A program made the position numbers and the translations under genes. Under the pieces are notes generated by a model. The model made no database searches. It saw only the letters and a program-made list of their open reading frames with translations, and was not told the DNA's origin. This document shows positions 1 through 9,235 of a DNA stretch of 23,774 nucleotides, in pieces. Origin of the DNA: Opitutales bacterium. GTDB taxonomy: Bacteria; Verrucomicrobiota; Verrucomicrobiia; Opitutales; JABSRG01. The stretch covers positions 1 to 23,774 of the forward strand of contig JBMYOQ010000064.1 in assembly GCA_049599475.1 (NCBI GenBank), given 5' to 3'. Numbering within the stretch: position 1 is the stretch's first letter; the number at the start of each line of letters is the position of its first letter.

Positions 1-2
1 GC

Positions 3-143
3 GGTGGATACCGTGGCGGTCGCGAAGGCGGCGGCGGTGGTGGATACCGCGGCGGCGAAGGTGGCGGCGGAGACGGCGGCTTCAAGAAGCGCTCTTTCCG
101 CGGACGCGGTGAAGGCGGTGGCCGCGATCGTCGCGCTTTCTAA
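3..143 (+). CDS. 3' end of a truncated CDS with a Gly/Arg-rich (RGG-like) C-terminal tail, probably an RNA-binding protein such as a DEAD-box helicase or RRM protein
   Basis: Open frame from the window edge reads GGYRGGREGGGGGGYRGGEGGGGDGGFKKRSFRGRGEGGGRDRRAF, stops at TAA 141-143, and is followed by a terminator. The product family is inferred from the tail only. Confidence 0.7.
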   Translation, partial: GGYRGGREGGGGGGYRGGEGGGGDGGFKKRSFRGRGEGGGRDRRAF

Positions 144-172
144 GGCCTAGCGATTCCCAAAGCACAATTTTC

Positions 173-210
173 AACCTGTCTTCAGTTTTCACACTGGAGA
201 CGGGTTTTTT
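173..210 (+). terminator. Rho-independent terminator
   Basis: 14-bp stem AACCTGTCTTCAGT / ACTGGAGACGGGTT with two G-U pairs, loop TTTCAC, then a T run; lies between convergent genes. Confidence 0.85.
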
Positions 211-224
211 AATGTACTTATCAG

Positions 225-1643
225 TTACTCCTCCAGCGCACTGGTTTCTTCGATGAGCCCTTCAAGGCTCAAGCCAGACTCGTCTACCTCCTCCAAGACG
301 CCCTCGCCCTCCGGACTCTCGATTTCTGAGCTCTCGGTTTCGGAGTTCTCAACCGCCAAAATTTCGGCCGAGATTATGTCCTCGGGCATGCGATCCAGAA
401 TATAATCCACAGCCGCCGTCATAGCGGGATCATTTCCGGACAGCAAATCATCCAGAGTCCACGGTGCGTAAATATCGGGCTCGACCCCGACGCCTTCGAT
501 CAAAGCACCATTCGCACGCTCGAAATTCGCGACGACGTATTGGAGCGAAGAACCGTTACGCAATGGCTTAAAAAGACTCGCCAAAGCCATACCTGCAGAA
601 GTACTTCCGATGATTTGACCGCGCTGGTTATCCTGCACAGCAGCGGCGAAAAACTCACTGGTAGACGCACTCCGAGCGTCTATTAGGACTGCAACTTTAC
701 CCAAGAATGCATGGCTCTGGGCATATCCAGTAAATGCCAATTCCCCCGACCGCAAAAGCATGCGTCCAGCCGGTTTATGATCCTCGACCAAAAGGCCCAA
801 CAGTCCTGCAGCCATCAACCCAGTGCCTCCCGGGTTATTCCGAAGATCGATAATTAAACCCACACAATCGGAAGGCAGGTTCTGTATCATACTTCGAATC
901 TCCGGCATGATTGCCGGCGCGAACATTGAGAATTGAAGGTAGGCAATATCATCATCGAGCTCTTTAAATTCTACCGAGATTTCCTGCGCGGACGGCAAAC
1001 CAGGAAGACTGACCCATTCTGTATCGGTTCTCATCTCCCGCTTCAAAGTATGGCACATTTCCTCTCCCTCTCGCAGGACAACCAGTTCAACACTTGTGCC
1101 CAGGTCACCCGACAAACTAGCCTCTACGACATAGCTCGCATAAAATAACTGAGCAGTCTCCCCAAAACCCGCCTCTTCCAAGGCCTCCAAAACAGTCTCT
1201 ATAGACCTCCCGTCAACCTCTAGGATTTGATCGCCGACATGGACTTCCGGAAATTCGCTACTCTGAACGAAAAACGAGTTTTCGATCATTGCCAATTGAA
1301 TCGGCACTCGCGCGACCCCTCCTTCAACCTCGAGACCCGCGAGCCCACCTGCCCCATCCATCACTCGAAGGTGGGAATGCTTTAGCGCATTCAGCATTTC
1401 ATTGAGCAGATCGTTCATCTCTGCCCGTGATTGCGCCTGCAGAACGGCCTCTCGATACTGGACTCCGAATGCAGGCCAATCGAGCCCTCCAAAATTTGGA
1501 TCGTAAAAAGAATCGTTCACCGTTTCCCAGACCTCATCGAACACGACCTCCGCGTAAGGCACCGAATCTTTCGCCTGAACAGGGACGGATACGGCTCCGA
1601 TCAATGCCATCAGAGTAATCGCGCAATTTCTAAATTTGATCAT
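225..1643 (-). CDS. Secreted S41-family peptidase with PDZ-like domain and acidic C-terminal tail
   Basis: Motifs DLRNNPGG, SASTSE (catalytic Ser) and IEGVGVEPD; N-terminal signal peptide MIKFRNCAITLMALIGAVSVPVQA. Start set at ATG 1643, which overlaps the upstream TGA as ATGA. Confidence 0.88.
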   Translation of the reverse strand: MIKFRNCAITLMALIGAVSVPVQAKDSVPYAEVVFDEVWETVNDSFYDPNFGGLDWPAFGVQYREAVLQAQSRAEMNDLLNEMLNALKHSHLRVMDGAGGLAGLEVEGGVARVPIQLAMIENSFFVQSSEFPEVHVGDQILEVDGRSIETVLEALEEAGFGETAQLFYASYVVEASLSGDLGTSVELVVLREGEEMCHTLKREMRTDTEWVSLPGLPSAQEISVEFKELDDDIAYLQFSMFAPAIMPEIRSMIQNLPSDCVGLIIDLRNNPGGTGLMAAGLLGLLVEDHKPAGRMLLRSGELAFTGYAQSHAFLGKVAVLIDARSASTSEFFAAAVQDNQRGQIIGSTSAGMALASLFKPLRNGSSLQYVVANFERANGALIEGVGVEPDIYAPWTLDDLLSGNDPAMTAAVDYILDRMPEDIISAEILAVENSETESSEIESPEGEGVLEEVDESGLSLEGLIEETSALEE

Positions 1644-2344
1644 GGTCGAGCTTCTAGCCAAGCACGCGAATTCAGTCGTTGAAACTCAGCTTCGCGTATT
1701 TCGGCATCTATTAGTGTCGTCAGTGGTACCGATTTCTCGATAGCAATTCCGACAATATCTAGAAGCAATTGTCCCATTAATTCGCTCGATTGCTGATTGC
1801 TGAGCTCGATTCCAGACAACTGGAGGCTACCTTGAAAGAGGATCGCTCGTTTAGAACGATGCATCGCAACGCCCGAAACCTTCCGTCCTTGCGCACTCAT
1901 CAAATCGTAGTTCACCGGCTGCAAAAAACAACTTCCGGGCCGACTCTCATCCGTCCGAGCAGAATCCAAATCCAATCCACATAAGCGGCGAAGGCTCTCG
2001 CCTATAGAACTTTGGCATTTCTGAAACAGCACCGGCACGCGATCCACTTCGAGTCGAGCCCGCGGTACACACAGGGACCAGGTAAGCGTATCGTCCTTAT
2101 GAGACACTAGCCCTCCGCCAGTTGGGCGCCGGGTAAACGTGTCGGTCTCCAATTGCTCTTCAATTTCCCGAAAGGGTTGGTAACGGCCATACGTTTTCGC
2201 CATCTCCTGGCTCCATCCATAGCTCCGAACAATGGCACGATCCTCATCTCCAGAGAATTTCTGCAACAGAATATCGTCCGCCATATTCTGAGATGCGGCA
2301 CCCTTGATATATTCTATCTCCAGAGCCCTAAAACTGAGACTCAT
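1640..2344 (-). CDS. Lipoate-protein ligase / octanoyltransferase family protein (LipM/LplA-like catalytic domain)
   Basis: Motifs NMADD, RRPTGGG, CF-x5-YDL, GRKVSG (catalytic Lys) and LFQGSL. The start could be 2344 or 2371. Confidence 0.8.
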   Translation of the reverse strand: MSLSFRALEIEYIKGAASQNMADDILLQKFSGDEDRAIVRSYGWSQEMAKTYGRYQPFREIEEQLETDTFTRRPTGGGLVSHKDDTLTWSLCVPRARLEVDRVPVLFQKCQSSIGESLRRLCGLDLDSARTDESRPGSCFLQPVNYDLMSAQGRKVSGVAMHRSKRAILFQGSLQLSGIELSNQQSSELMGQLLLDIVGIAIEKSVPLTTLIDAEIREAEFQRLNSRAWLEARP

Positions 2345-3239
2345 ACCACGGATAAATGGAATCTGGAACACTGAGCTCCCTCAACTGGCTCTGAATCGTC
2401 CACGGCTGAGTGCGCACTTTGCCTAAAAGCGGGCGGGCGTTGAGCTTGAGACTCAGGGGCCGTTCAGGATCCGTGCATTCGACACGATCAATCAAATCAG
2501 TATCCAAGCCGAATTTGTCGAGAATCGCTGCTCCGATATCGGCCCGAGACAGCGTATCGACTCCAGCCCAGTGGAATATACCTGTCAAATTCCCACGTTC
2601 AGCAAGCTCGACGATCAGCTCGGCTATATTCGTTGCGCTCGCGGGTTGGCGAATTTCATTCGTAAACAGAGACGGGCGCTTACCGGCTGCTATCATCGCG
2701 AGCAACTTCTCATGCACAGAGCGATTCTGCTGCATCCCGTTACCCATCAAGATTGGGATACGCAACACGATCGGTCGATCCGTACAATGCTCAAGAACTT
2801 CGCGCTCAGACTGCAATTTCTGCTTTCCATAGGTTGAGCTTGGCTCCGGCAAATCGGTTGTCTGATAAGGCTCCTGATTTTTTCCATCGAAGACCATATC
2901 CGTGGAGATATGCACACAAAGAGCTCCAATATGGTGAGCCAATTGAGCGACCCGCAAAGGCATTGCCACATTCATATGCTCCGCCAATTCAGGCTCCTTC
3001 GCGACAATATCTGGTTGCGAAATCGCCGCGGCATTCACGATGACATCCGGCCAGTGATCCAACAAAAGCCGGTCCAGCGAGCTAATTTCAGACAGGTCCA
3101 CATTCACGACCTCGAGGCCCTCGCGCGGCGCTAAAACATGAGAATTTGAGAGCCCTACAACAGAGTGATTACGGCGCAGTGCCTGAGTGACAACATTGGA
3201 TCCGAGGAGTCCGGAGGCTCCAGTTACAAGAATTTTCAT
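2328..3239 (-). CDS. Extended SDR oxidoreductase, dTDP-4-dehydrorhamnose reductase (RfbD/RmlD)-like
   Basis: Rossmann motif GASGLLG, NAAA, ISTDMVFDG and catalytic YGKQK. Confidence 0.85.
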   Translation of the reverse strand: MKILVTGASGLLGSNVVTQALRRNHSVVGLSNSHVLAPREGLEVVNVDLSEISSLDRLLLDHWPDVIVNAAAISQPDIVAKEPELAEHMNVAMPLRVAQLAHHIGALCVHISTDMVFDGKNQEPYQTTDLPEPSSTYGKQKLQSEREVLEHCTDRPIVLRIPILMGNGMQQNRSVHEKLLAMIAAGKRPSLFTNEIRQPASATNIAELIVELAERGNLTGIFHWAGVDTLSRADIGAAILDKFGLDTDLIDRVECTDPERPLSLKLNARPLLGKVRTQPWTIQSQLRELSVPDSIYPWYESQF

Positions 3240-3329
3240 GGGGTAAAGCTATCGAGAAATGGGAGTTTTAGGCAGGAAGAATGCGAGTTTCACTTGATAA
3301 AGCAGTCTGATTCCTTGAGCTAAGCTGCA

Positions 3330-4427
3330 ATGACACGCGCTTACAAGGATTTGGTGAATCCACCGGTATTGACTCAACCTATATACGAACCAGGCAAGCC
3401 TATTGAAATGGTGGCAGCCGACTTCGGTCTCGAACCAAAGGATATCGCTAAATTGGCATCCAATGAAAGCGCGCTGGGGCCATCGCCGAAAGCAATCGAG
3501 GCTATTCGTGAACACGCAGCAAGCGCACATTTGTATCCAGACGGCAATGCCACATTTTTGCGTGAAGCACTCGCAAACAAATGGAGCTTGGGCACAGATC
3601 AATTTATTTTCGGTAATGGCTCGAACGAAGTATTGGAGCTCGTTGCTCGAGCTTTCCTCAGCCCTGGCACCGAGGCCATTATGGGCGAATACGGATTCAT
3701 CGTTTATAAATTGGTAACACTGCTCCACGGCGCCACTCCAGTGTCTATCCCAATGCCGGACTACAAGCACGATCTCGCTGCGATGCATGCAGCGATCAAC
3801 GAACAGACGCGGATTGTCTTTATGGCCTCACCCAACAACCCAACCGGTGTTCCCGATGACCCTACGGAGATATACGCCTTCGCTGAATCGCTCCCCGAAC
3901 ACGTCATCTTGGTCTTCGATGAAGCGTACGCTGAATATGTCGAGGATGCCGTAGACCTACGCCCGCTGATAGCCAAGGGTCGCAAAATTCTCTGCACACG
4001 AACGTTTTCCAAAATTTACGGACTCGGAGGCCTGCGCCTTGGCTATGGCTACGGCGATGCCGAACTCGTCCAACTACTCAATCGCATCCGCGAACCATTC
4101 AATGTAAATTCAATCGCGCTCGCAGCTGGAACAGCGGCTTTGGGCGATGAAGCGTTTTTAGAGAAGGCCCGCTCCGAAAATGAAACAGGGAAGAAAAACC
4201 TCACAGAGGGCTGCCGTGAACTGGGCCTTAAAGTGGCCGAGAGCGCGACAAATTTCATCTTGGTCGAAATCGACGATCCGGTTGAAAAGTTCCAAGACCT
4301 TCAAAAGCTAGGCCTGGTGGTCCGCCCTCTCGTACCCTATGGATTGAAGCACCATTTACGCATCACCATCGGCACCGATGAGGAAAATAAGAGACTCCTT
4401 GCAAATCTGGCCAAGCTTCTGCAATAA
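3330..4427 (+). CDS. hisC: Histidinol-phosphate aminotransferase
   Basis: YEPGKP, KLASNE, GNGSNE, SPNNPTG, DEAY and PLP lysine motif RTFSKIYGL; 365 aa. Confidence 0.93.
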   Translation: MTRAYKDLVNPPVLTQPIYEPGKPIEMVAADFGLEPKDIAKLASNESALGPSPKAIEAIREHAASAHLYPDGNATFLREALANKWSLGTDQFIFGNGSNEVLELVARAFLSPGTEAIMGEYGFIVYKLVTLLHGATPVSIPMPDYKHDLAAMHAAINEQTRIVFMASPNNPTGVPDDPTEIYAFAESLPEHVILVFDEAYAEYVEDAVDLRPLIAKGRKILCTRTFSKIYGLGGLRLGYGYGDAELVQLLNRIREPFNVNSIALAAGTAALGDEAFLEKARSENETGKKNLTEGCRELGLKVAESATNFILVEIDDPVEKFQDLQKLGLVVRPLVPYGLKHHLRITIGTDEENKRLLANLAKLLQ

Positions 4428-4466
4428 GAAGGGAGCAATGTTCATACACCTCGCTTCGGCACACTA

Positions 4467-5768
4467 ATGCAGCCGTTCTTACTTTTCGGGCTCATACTTT
4501 TTTCACTAGGCATCAAGGGATGCTTAGCTGCTTTTGAATATGCACTTGTCGCCCTGCGCTATGGAAATATCCGCGGGGAAAATCTCAATGAGACATCTGG
4601 CAAGGATGAGACGTGGTTACAGAAAATCGCAGACAATGCTCCTGAAATGTCGGCCTCATTGCGATTTCTGCGCACAAGTTTGATCATCCTTAGCGGGGTA
4701 TTGGGCGCCACCTGGTGGGCAAAATTCGTGACTCCGCTTTCGAATGCGACCTTGGGGTCTTGGATCGTCGCATGGTTCCTGGTCCCCCTGTTTGGACTGT
4801 ATGCCTACTACATTCTTTCAGACCGCCTACCTCGCGCAATCGCTCAACGCCACTCGCTCAAGGTCCTAAAACTCTTTTATCCAGTCACCCTGGCAATCGC
4901 AGTGATTTCGAGGCCACTACGCTGGCCGGTCAAATGCATGGAGGGGCTCCTCGACCGCGCATTCAAGGTAGAAGACAAGGATGATATCGAGAGCATGGAT
5001 GTAGAAGTGCAAACACGCGCTCTCGGCATGGATACGACCAGCGTCTCTCCGGTCGCCCGAAAAATCATCAACCGCGCATTATATATCTCAGACTTGGTAG
5101 TGCACGACATCCTCCTGCCACGCAACCAGGTGAAAATTTTCGATATCAATGACAGCAATTCGGATAATCTGAAAATTGCTCAAGAGTCTGGGCATACACG
5201 CTTTCCCCTCTGTTCAAGTGACCTCGATCGCTGCCTCGGCATTATCCACATCAAAGATATTTTCCGCCAGGCTAAGGATCCGCTCACCATAGATTTTCGC
5301 TCCATCAAACGCCCAATTTTAAGTCTTCGCGAGGATGAAGGTCTCGAGGAAGCCCTTCAAAAACTCCTGAAACGGAAGGTCCACATGGCTCTAGTAAACG
5401 ATGAATTTGGCGGAGTGCTGGGAGTCGTAACTCTAGAACATATTCTAGAAGAACTCGTTGGTGAGATTCAGGATGAATTCGATTCCGAGGAAAGTCTCAT
5501 TTCACCTCTGGAAGAAGACGGGGTTTTCAAAATCTCCGGACTGGCGCCCATCCATGAAGTCGAGGATCACCTAAATCTAGAAATCGACAACGAGGATGTC
5601 TCCACCTTTGGCGGCCTCATCACCCAGGAAGCCGGGCGCATCCCCAAAAAAGGAGAACGAATCGAACTCGATCGTTTCGACATCGAAGTCACCGAAGTCG
5701 ACGGGACGCGCGTTATTAACGCTAAGGTAAGAATTCTCCCCGAATCTGAAGATAACGACTCCGACTAA
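4467..5768 (+). CDS. Hemolysin/CNNM-CorC family membrane protein (DUF21 + CBS pair + CorC_HlyC domain)
   Basis: N-terminal hydrophobic helices; CBS motifs SGHTRFP and VNDEFGG; LEHILEELVGEIQDEFD; C-terminal STFGG transporter-associated domain. Confidence 0.9.
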   Translation: MQPFLLFGLILFSLGIKGCLAAFEYALVALRYGNIRGENLNETSGKDETWLQKIADNAPEMSASLRFLRTSLIILSGVLGATWWAKFVTPLSNATLGSWIVAWFLVPLFGLYAYYILSDRLPRAIAQRHSLKVLKLFYPVTLAIAVISRPLRWPVKCMEGLLDRAFKVEDKDDIESMDVEVQTRALGMDTTSVSPVARKIINRALYISDLVVHDILLPRNQVKIFDINDSNSDNLKIAQESGHTRFPLCSSDLDRCLGIIHIKDIFRQAKDPLTIDFRSIKRPILSLREDEGLEEALQKLLKRKVHMALVNDEFGGVLGVVTLEHILEELVGEIQDEFDSEESLISPLEEDGVFKISGLAPIHEVEDHLNLEIDNEDVSTFGGLITQEAGRIPKKGERIELDRFDIEVTEVDGTRVINAKVRILPESEDNDSD

Positions 5769-5783
5769 CCAGGCCTTTTTACT

Positions 5784-5823
5784 GGACTTTTGTCTCAATT
5801 TTCATTTCATAAGACAAAAGTCC
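5784..5823. promoter_or_regulatory. Perfect 12-bp inverted repeat, likely the autoregulatory operator of the TA operon
   Basis: GGACTTTTGTCT (5784-5795), 16-nt spacer, AGACAAAAGTCC (5812-5823); ends 1 nt before the antitoxin ATG. Confidence 0.7.
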
Positions 5824-5824
5824 G

Positions 5825-6241
5825 ATGCTAGCTCTAGATTTTCAGAATCACAAATTCGCACAGGCCGAATCCGACATCTACACAGATGAGGAATACAACG
5901 CCATGCAGCGCGCGGTCCTACGATTGTTTGAACTTTGGAAAATTTCCGATGCCCAATCAGCCGTTTTGCTCGGCGGCATTTCTCCCAAGACATTCTCCAG
6001 GTGGAGGAAAGGAGAGTTTGGTCGGATGAATATCGATCAAGCAGATCGCATCTCTCATATCCTCGCGATCCATAAGTCTCTGAGAATTCTGTTCACCGAG
6101 AAGGAGCGCGTCTATAAATGGGTATCGCGGAAGAACGATGTGTTCGAGGGTAAATCAGCCCTGGATGTTATGCTGAAAGGACACTTGAGGCATATCGAGC
6201 GTGTGCGCTTTTATTTAGATTCCGTGCGCGGTGGCTGGTGA
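5825..6241 (+). CDS. Xre/MbcA/ParS-type antitoxin (HTH + C-terminal toxin-binding domain)
   Basis: HTH-like SAVLLGGISPKTFSRW; DRISHILAIHKSLRILF; W-x4-N-x2-F-x-G-x-SALDVM; YLDSVRG. Overlaps a RES gene. Confidence 0.9.
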   Translation: MLALDFQNHKFAQAESDIYTDEEYNAMQRAVLRLFELWKISDAQSAVLLGGISPKTFSRWRKGEFGRMNIDQADRISHILAIHKSLRILFTEKERVYKWVSRKNDVFEGKSALDVMLKGHLRHIERVRFYLDSVRGGW

Positions 6242-6962
6242 TTCGGCAAGCCAATCCGAAGCACATCCGAAGACACGGGTCAAATGGCCCGCCAGCTATC
6301 GGTTGATCCCTTCGAAATACCCACCCATCGACCTATTCGACGACATCAGTCCGCCCGAAGATTGGGAACTGCTAGCTCAGGCCGAATCGCGCACCAACCC
6401 GCGCATCCTGGATCAAGTGGGTGATCTCAGGCGCGTGCCTACCAATCGCCGCGTGTCTGGACCCGGCGCAAGCTGGCTCATGGCCCCACTTACTCATGTT
6501 TCGATTGATCGAAAATCTCGCTTCGCAGACGGAACCTACGGTGCCTATTACTGCGCTCGGAGATTCGAAACAGCGCTTCGAGAAACCGTTTTCCATTGGG
6601 AAAATTTTCTTAGGGCCACATCCGAAGACTCCGGATGGGTGACCGAGATGCGCGAAATAGTCGCCAAGGTAGACCATGAGTTCACCGATCTTTGTGATCA
6701 CCCCATAGCTGAGGTCCTCGACAAAGATTCTTATTTGGCCTCCCAAAAATGGGGCAGTGCTCAGCGCGAACTCGGCGCAGATGGGATCCTCTACCCCAGC
6801 CAAAGGCATGAAGGGGGCCTATGCCTCGCAGTATTCTGGCCGGATGTGATCGAACTCCCCAAACAGGGCAGTCACTGGATTTATCATTGGGACGGCGAGC
6901 GCATCGATTACGCCAAGAAGCTATCATCTACCGACGGAAATCATAAAGTATTTCGCCTCTAG
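6231..6962 (+). CDS. RES-domain toxin (NAD+ phosphorylase/mART family)
   Basis: The R (SYRLI), E (ALRET) and S (YPSQR) triad is intact, plus SRFADGTYGAYY; directly follows the antitoxin. Confidence 0.9.
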   Translation: MAGDSASQSEAHPKTRVKWPASYRLIPSKYPPIDLFDDISPPEDWELLAQAESRTNPRILDQVGDLRRVPTNRRVSGPGASWLMAPLTHVSIDRKSRFADGTYGAYYCARRFETALRETVFHWENFLRATSEDSGWVTEMREIVAKVDHEFTDLCDHPIAEVLDKDSYLASQKWGSAQRELGADGILYPSQRHEGGLCLAVFWPDVIELPKQGSHWIYHWDGERIDYAKKLSSTDGNHKVFRL

Positions 6963-9235
6963 CGACGGCTCAGAGACCTTAGTCGAATCGACAAGCCTGT
7001 GAGACGCTCAGTCGTCTCGGCCCGATCAACCGCCAGCTTCCAGGAATCTGGATTTCCAATCACAAAGACATGTTTACGCCCGCGCGTGATCGCCGTGTAA
7101 ATCAGGTTTCTCTGAAGCATGATGTAGTGCTGCTTCAATAGCGGGATGATTACTACCGGGTATTCGGAGCCCTGGCTCTTGTGAATAGAAATTGCGAAGG
7201 CGTGATCGATTTCACTTAAGTCCCCCCGTTCATAGGTGAGGCGCTGGCCATTTATCTCTGCGACCAAAGTATCTCCGTCCGGCGCGATGCTTTCTATCAT
7301 TCCCAAGTCACCATTATAGACCTGCTTCTCGTAATTATTGCGAAGCTGAATGACCTTATCGCCACCTCGGAACGTTCGGCTACCATGACGAATTGCTCGC
7401 GGCTTTGCCCGACCTGTCTGTTCCCGGAAATGCCGCTGTGTCCAGACCTTGTTCTGCCCACCGGAATTCGAGGTATCCGCACCTTCCGAATTTAACGATT
7501 CTTGAAGATTCGTATTCAACGCATCGATGCCAGTCTCTCCCTTATACATGGGCGACAAGACCTGCACATCTGCGACCGGATCGACCCCTAATTTTTCGGG
7601 CAAAACATCTTTAATAAGAGCGTTCAGTTTCTTAGATGCGGCCACTCCATTTTCAGCCAGAATAAACTGAAAATCCCGCTCCCAGTCGATCTCGCTTGCG
7701 AGATTTGCAACTGATCTCAGAGAAGAATCACTCGCCAAAATTCGGTGTGCAGTTGTGACTATATCACTCTCTTCCCCCTGGCGGAAAATCGTCGTCAAAC
7801 GGGTGCGGGGAATCAATGATTCAGGCGTGCTTAGCAAATCGTGCAACACATGACCCGCACCCACCGAAGGCAACTGATCGGTATCTCCCACGAGCAGAAG
7901 ATGCGTAGTCGGAGGCAATGCCTTTACTAAAGAATAAGTGAGCCACGTATCGAGCATGGATGCCTCATCGATAATGAGATAATCGATCACCAATGGATTA
8001 TCGGCGTTGTGCACGAAGCCACCGCCCTCGGGATTGGTTTTCAGCAAGCGATGTATCGTCGATGCTGGATAATCACAGCTTTCTGAAAGGCGCTGAGCCG
8101 CTCGTCCAGTAGGCGAGGCCAGAGCAATCTTCACCTTCTTCGCCAGAAGGATTTTAACGACCGCCCGCAGAATCGTTGTTTTACCGGTTCCAGGTCCCCC
8201 CGTCAGAACCATCAACTTCGACTGCAAGGCCATTTTCACCCCAGCACTCTGATGCTCAGCAAAGGCAAATCCGGCCTGCGCTTGCGCCCATTCTACCGCC
8301 TTATCAACGATAATCTCTGGCAGTGGACTCGGAGTCTGGATCGCGGCTCGGATTCCATTGATAATGTCAGTCTCGTACCGCTCCAAAATCTTCGACTGCA
8401 ATCCATGCTCTTTCAAATCTACTAAAATCCCGGCCTTCACCAAGGCTTTCATCTGCTGGGTGATCACCTCCGGCTTGATCTGCAACATCCGTGCGGTGCG
8501 CGACGCTAGGTTTTCGGCCTCTGCCCGCGTATGCCCTTCGTCCTCCAGCTCTCTCAAGTTATGCAGAATCCCTGCCTCTACCCGGTACGGATGTTCATTC
8601 CCTACCCCCATATTTAGAGCGATTTTGTCTGCAGTCTTAAATCCTATACGCTCAATTTCACGGACGATTCGGTAGGGATTTTCTTTCAAAATCTCTGTAG
8701 TCGAATCGCCATATTTCTTCACCAAGCGCACGCACTGACTATTGGTGATACCATAGGCCTGCAGAAATACCATCGCCTCGCGAACTGCACGCTGACTATC
8801 CCAAGCCTTCTTTATTGATTTACACCGCTCTTTACCGATGCCTTCGACCTCGCGTAGACGCCCCGACTCTTCGCTGATAATCGTCAAAGTATCCGCGCCA
8901 AAATGATCGACGATTTTATCTGCATACTTCGGCCCGATTCCAGGCACCAGACCACTTCCTAAATAGCGACGTATACCCCATGCCGATGCCGGTAGCTCTG
9001 ACTTCGCACTGACTATCTTAAACTGCGGCCCATGCTGCGGATGCCTCTGCCAGGAGCCCACAATTTTCAGAGTCTCACCACATTGAATTCCTGGCAGGAC
9101 TCCCGCCACAGTCACCTGCGATTTGTCACTTTCAACCGAAAGCTCACCTACCGTGTAGTGGTTTTCCTCGTTCGTATAAACGATTCTTTCCAATACACCT
9201 TTCAGCTCTTCAGTTTGCTCGTTCCGGTCCGCCAT
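6959..9235 (-). CDS. recD2: ATP-dependent RecD-like (RecD2) DNA helicase
   Basis: N-terminal OB/HhH region (GIGPKYA, IGFKTADKIA), Walker A GGPGTGKT, DEASM, VGDTDQLPSVG, HKSQGSE and YTAITRG; 758 aa; GGAGG before the ATG. Confidence 0.95.
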   Translation of the reverse strand: MADRNEQTEELKGVLERIVYTNEENHYTVGELSVESDKSQVTVAGVLPGIQCGETLKIVGSWQRHPQHGPQFKIVSAKSELPASAWGIRRYLGSGLVPGIGPKYADKIVDHFGADTLTIISEESGRLREVEGIGKERCKSIKKAWDSQRAVREAMVFLQAYGITNSQCVRLVKKYGDSTTEILKENPYRIVREIERIGFKTADKIALNMGVGNEHPYRVEAGILHNLRELEDEGHTRAEAENLASRTARMLQIKPEVITQQMKALVKAGILVDLKEHGLQSKILERYETDIINGIRAAIQTPSPLPEIIVDKAVEWAQAQAGFAFAEHQSAGVKMALQSKLMVLTGGPGTGKTTILRAVVKILLAKKVKIALASPTGRAAQRLSESCDYPASTIHRLLKTNPEGGGFVHNADNPLVIDYLIIDEASMLDTWLTYSLVKALPPTTHLLLVGDTDQLPSVGAGHVLHDLLSTPESLIPRTRLTTIFRQGEESDIVTTAHRILASDSSLRSVANLASEIDWERDFQFILAENGVAASKKLNALIKDVLPEKLGVDPVADVQVLSPMYKGETGIDALNTNLQESLNSEGADTSNSGGQNKVWTQRHFREQTGRAKPRAIRHGSRTFRGGDKVIQLRNNYEKQVYNGDLGMIESIAPDGDTLVAEINGQRLTYERGDLSEIDHAFAISIHKSQGSEYPVVIIPLLKQHYIMLQRNLIYTAITRGRKHVFVIGNPDSWKLAVDRAETTERLTGLSIRLRSLSRR

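Noticed and set aside
3249..3788. 179-aa minus-strand ORF overlapping hisC
   Set aside because: Antisense to hisC with no protein-family features.
5769..6962. TA module as a mobile element
   Set aside because: No transposase, integrase, paired terminal repeats or target-site duplication was seen.
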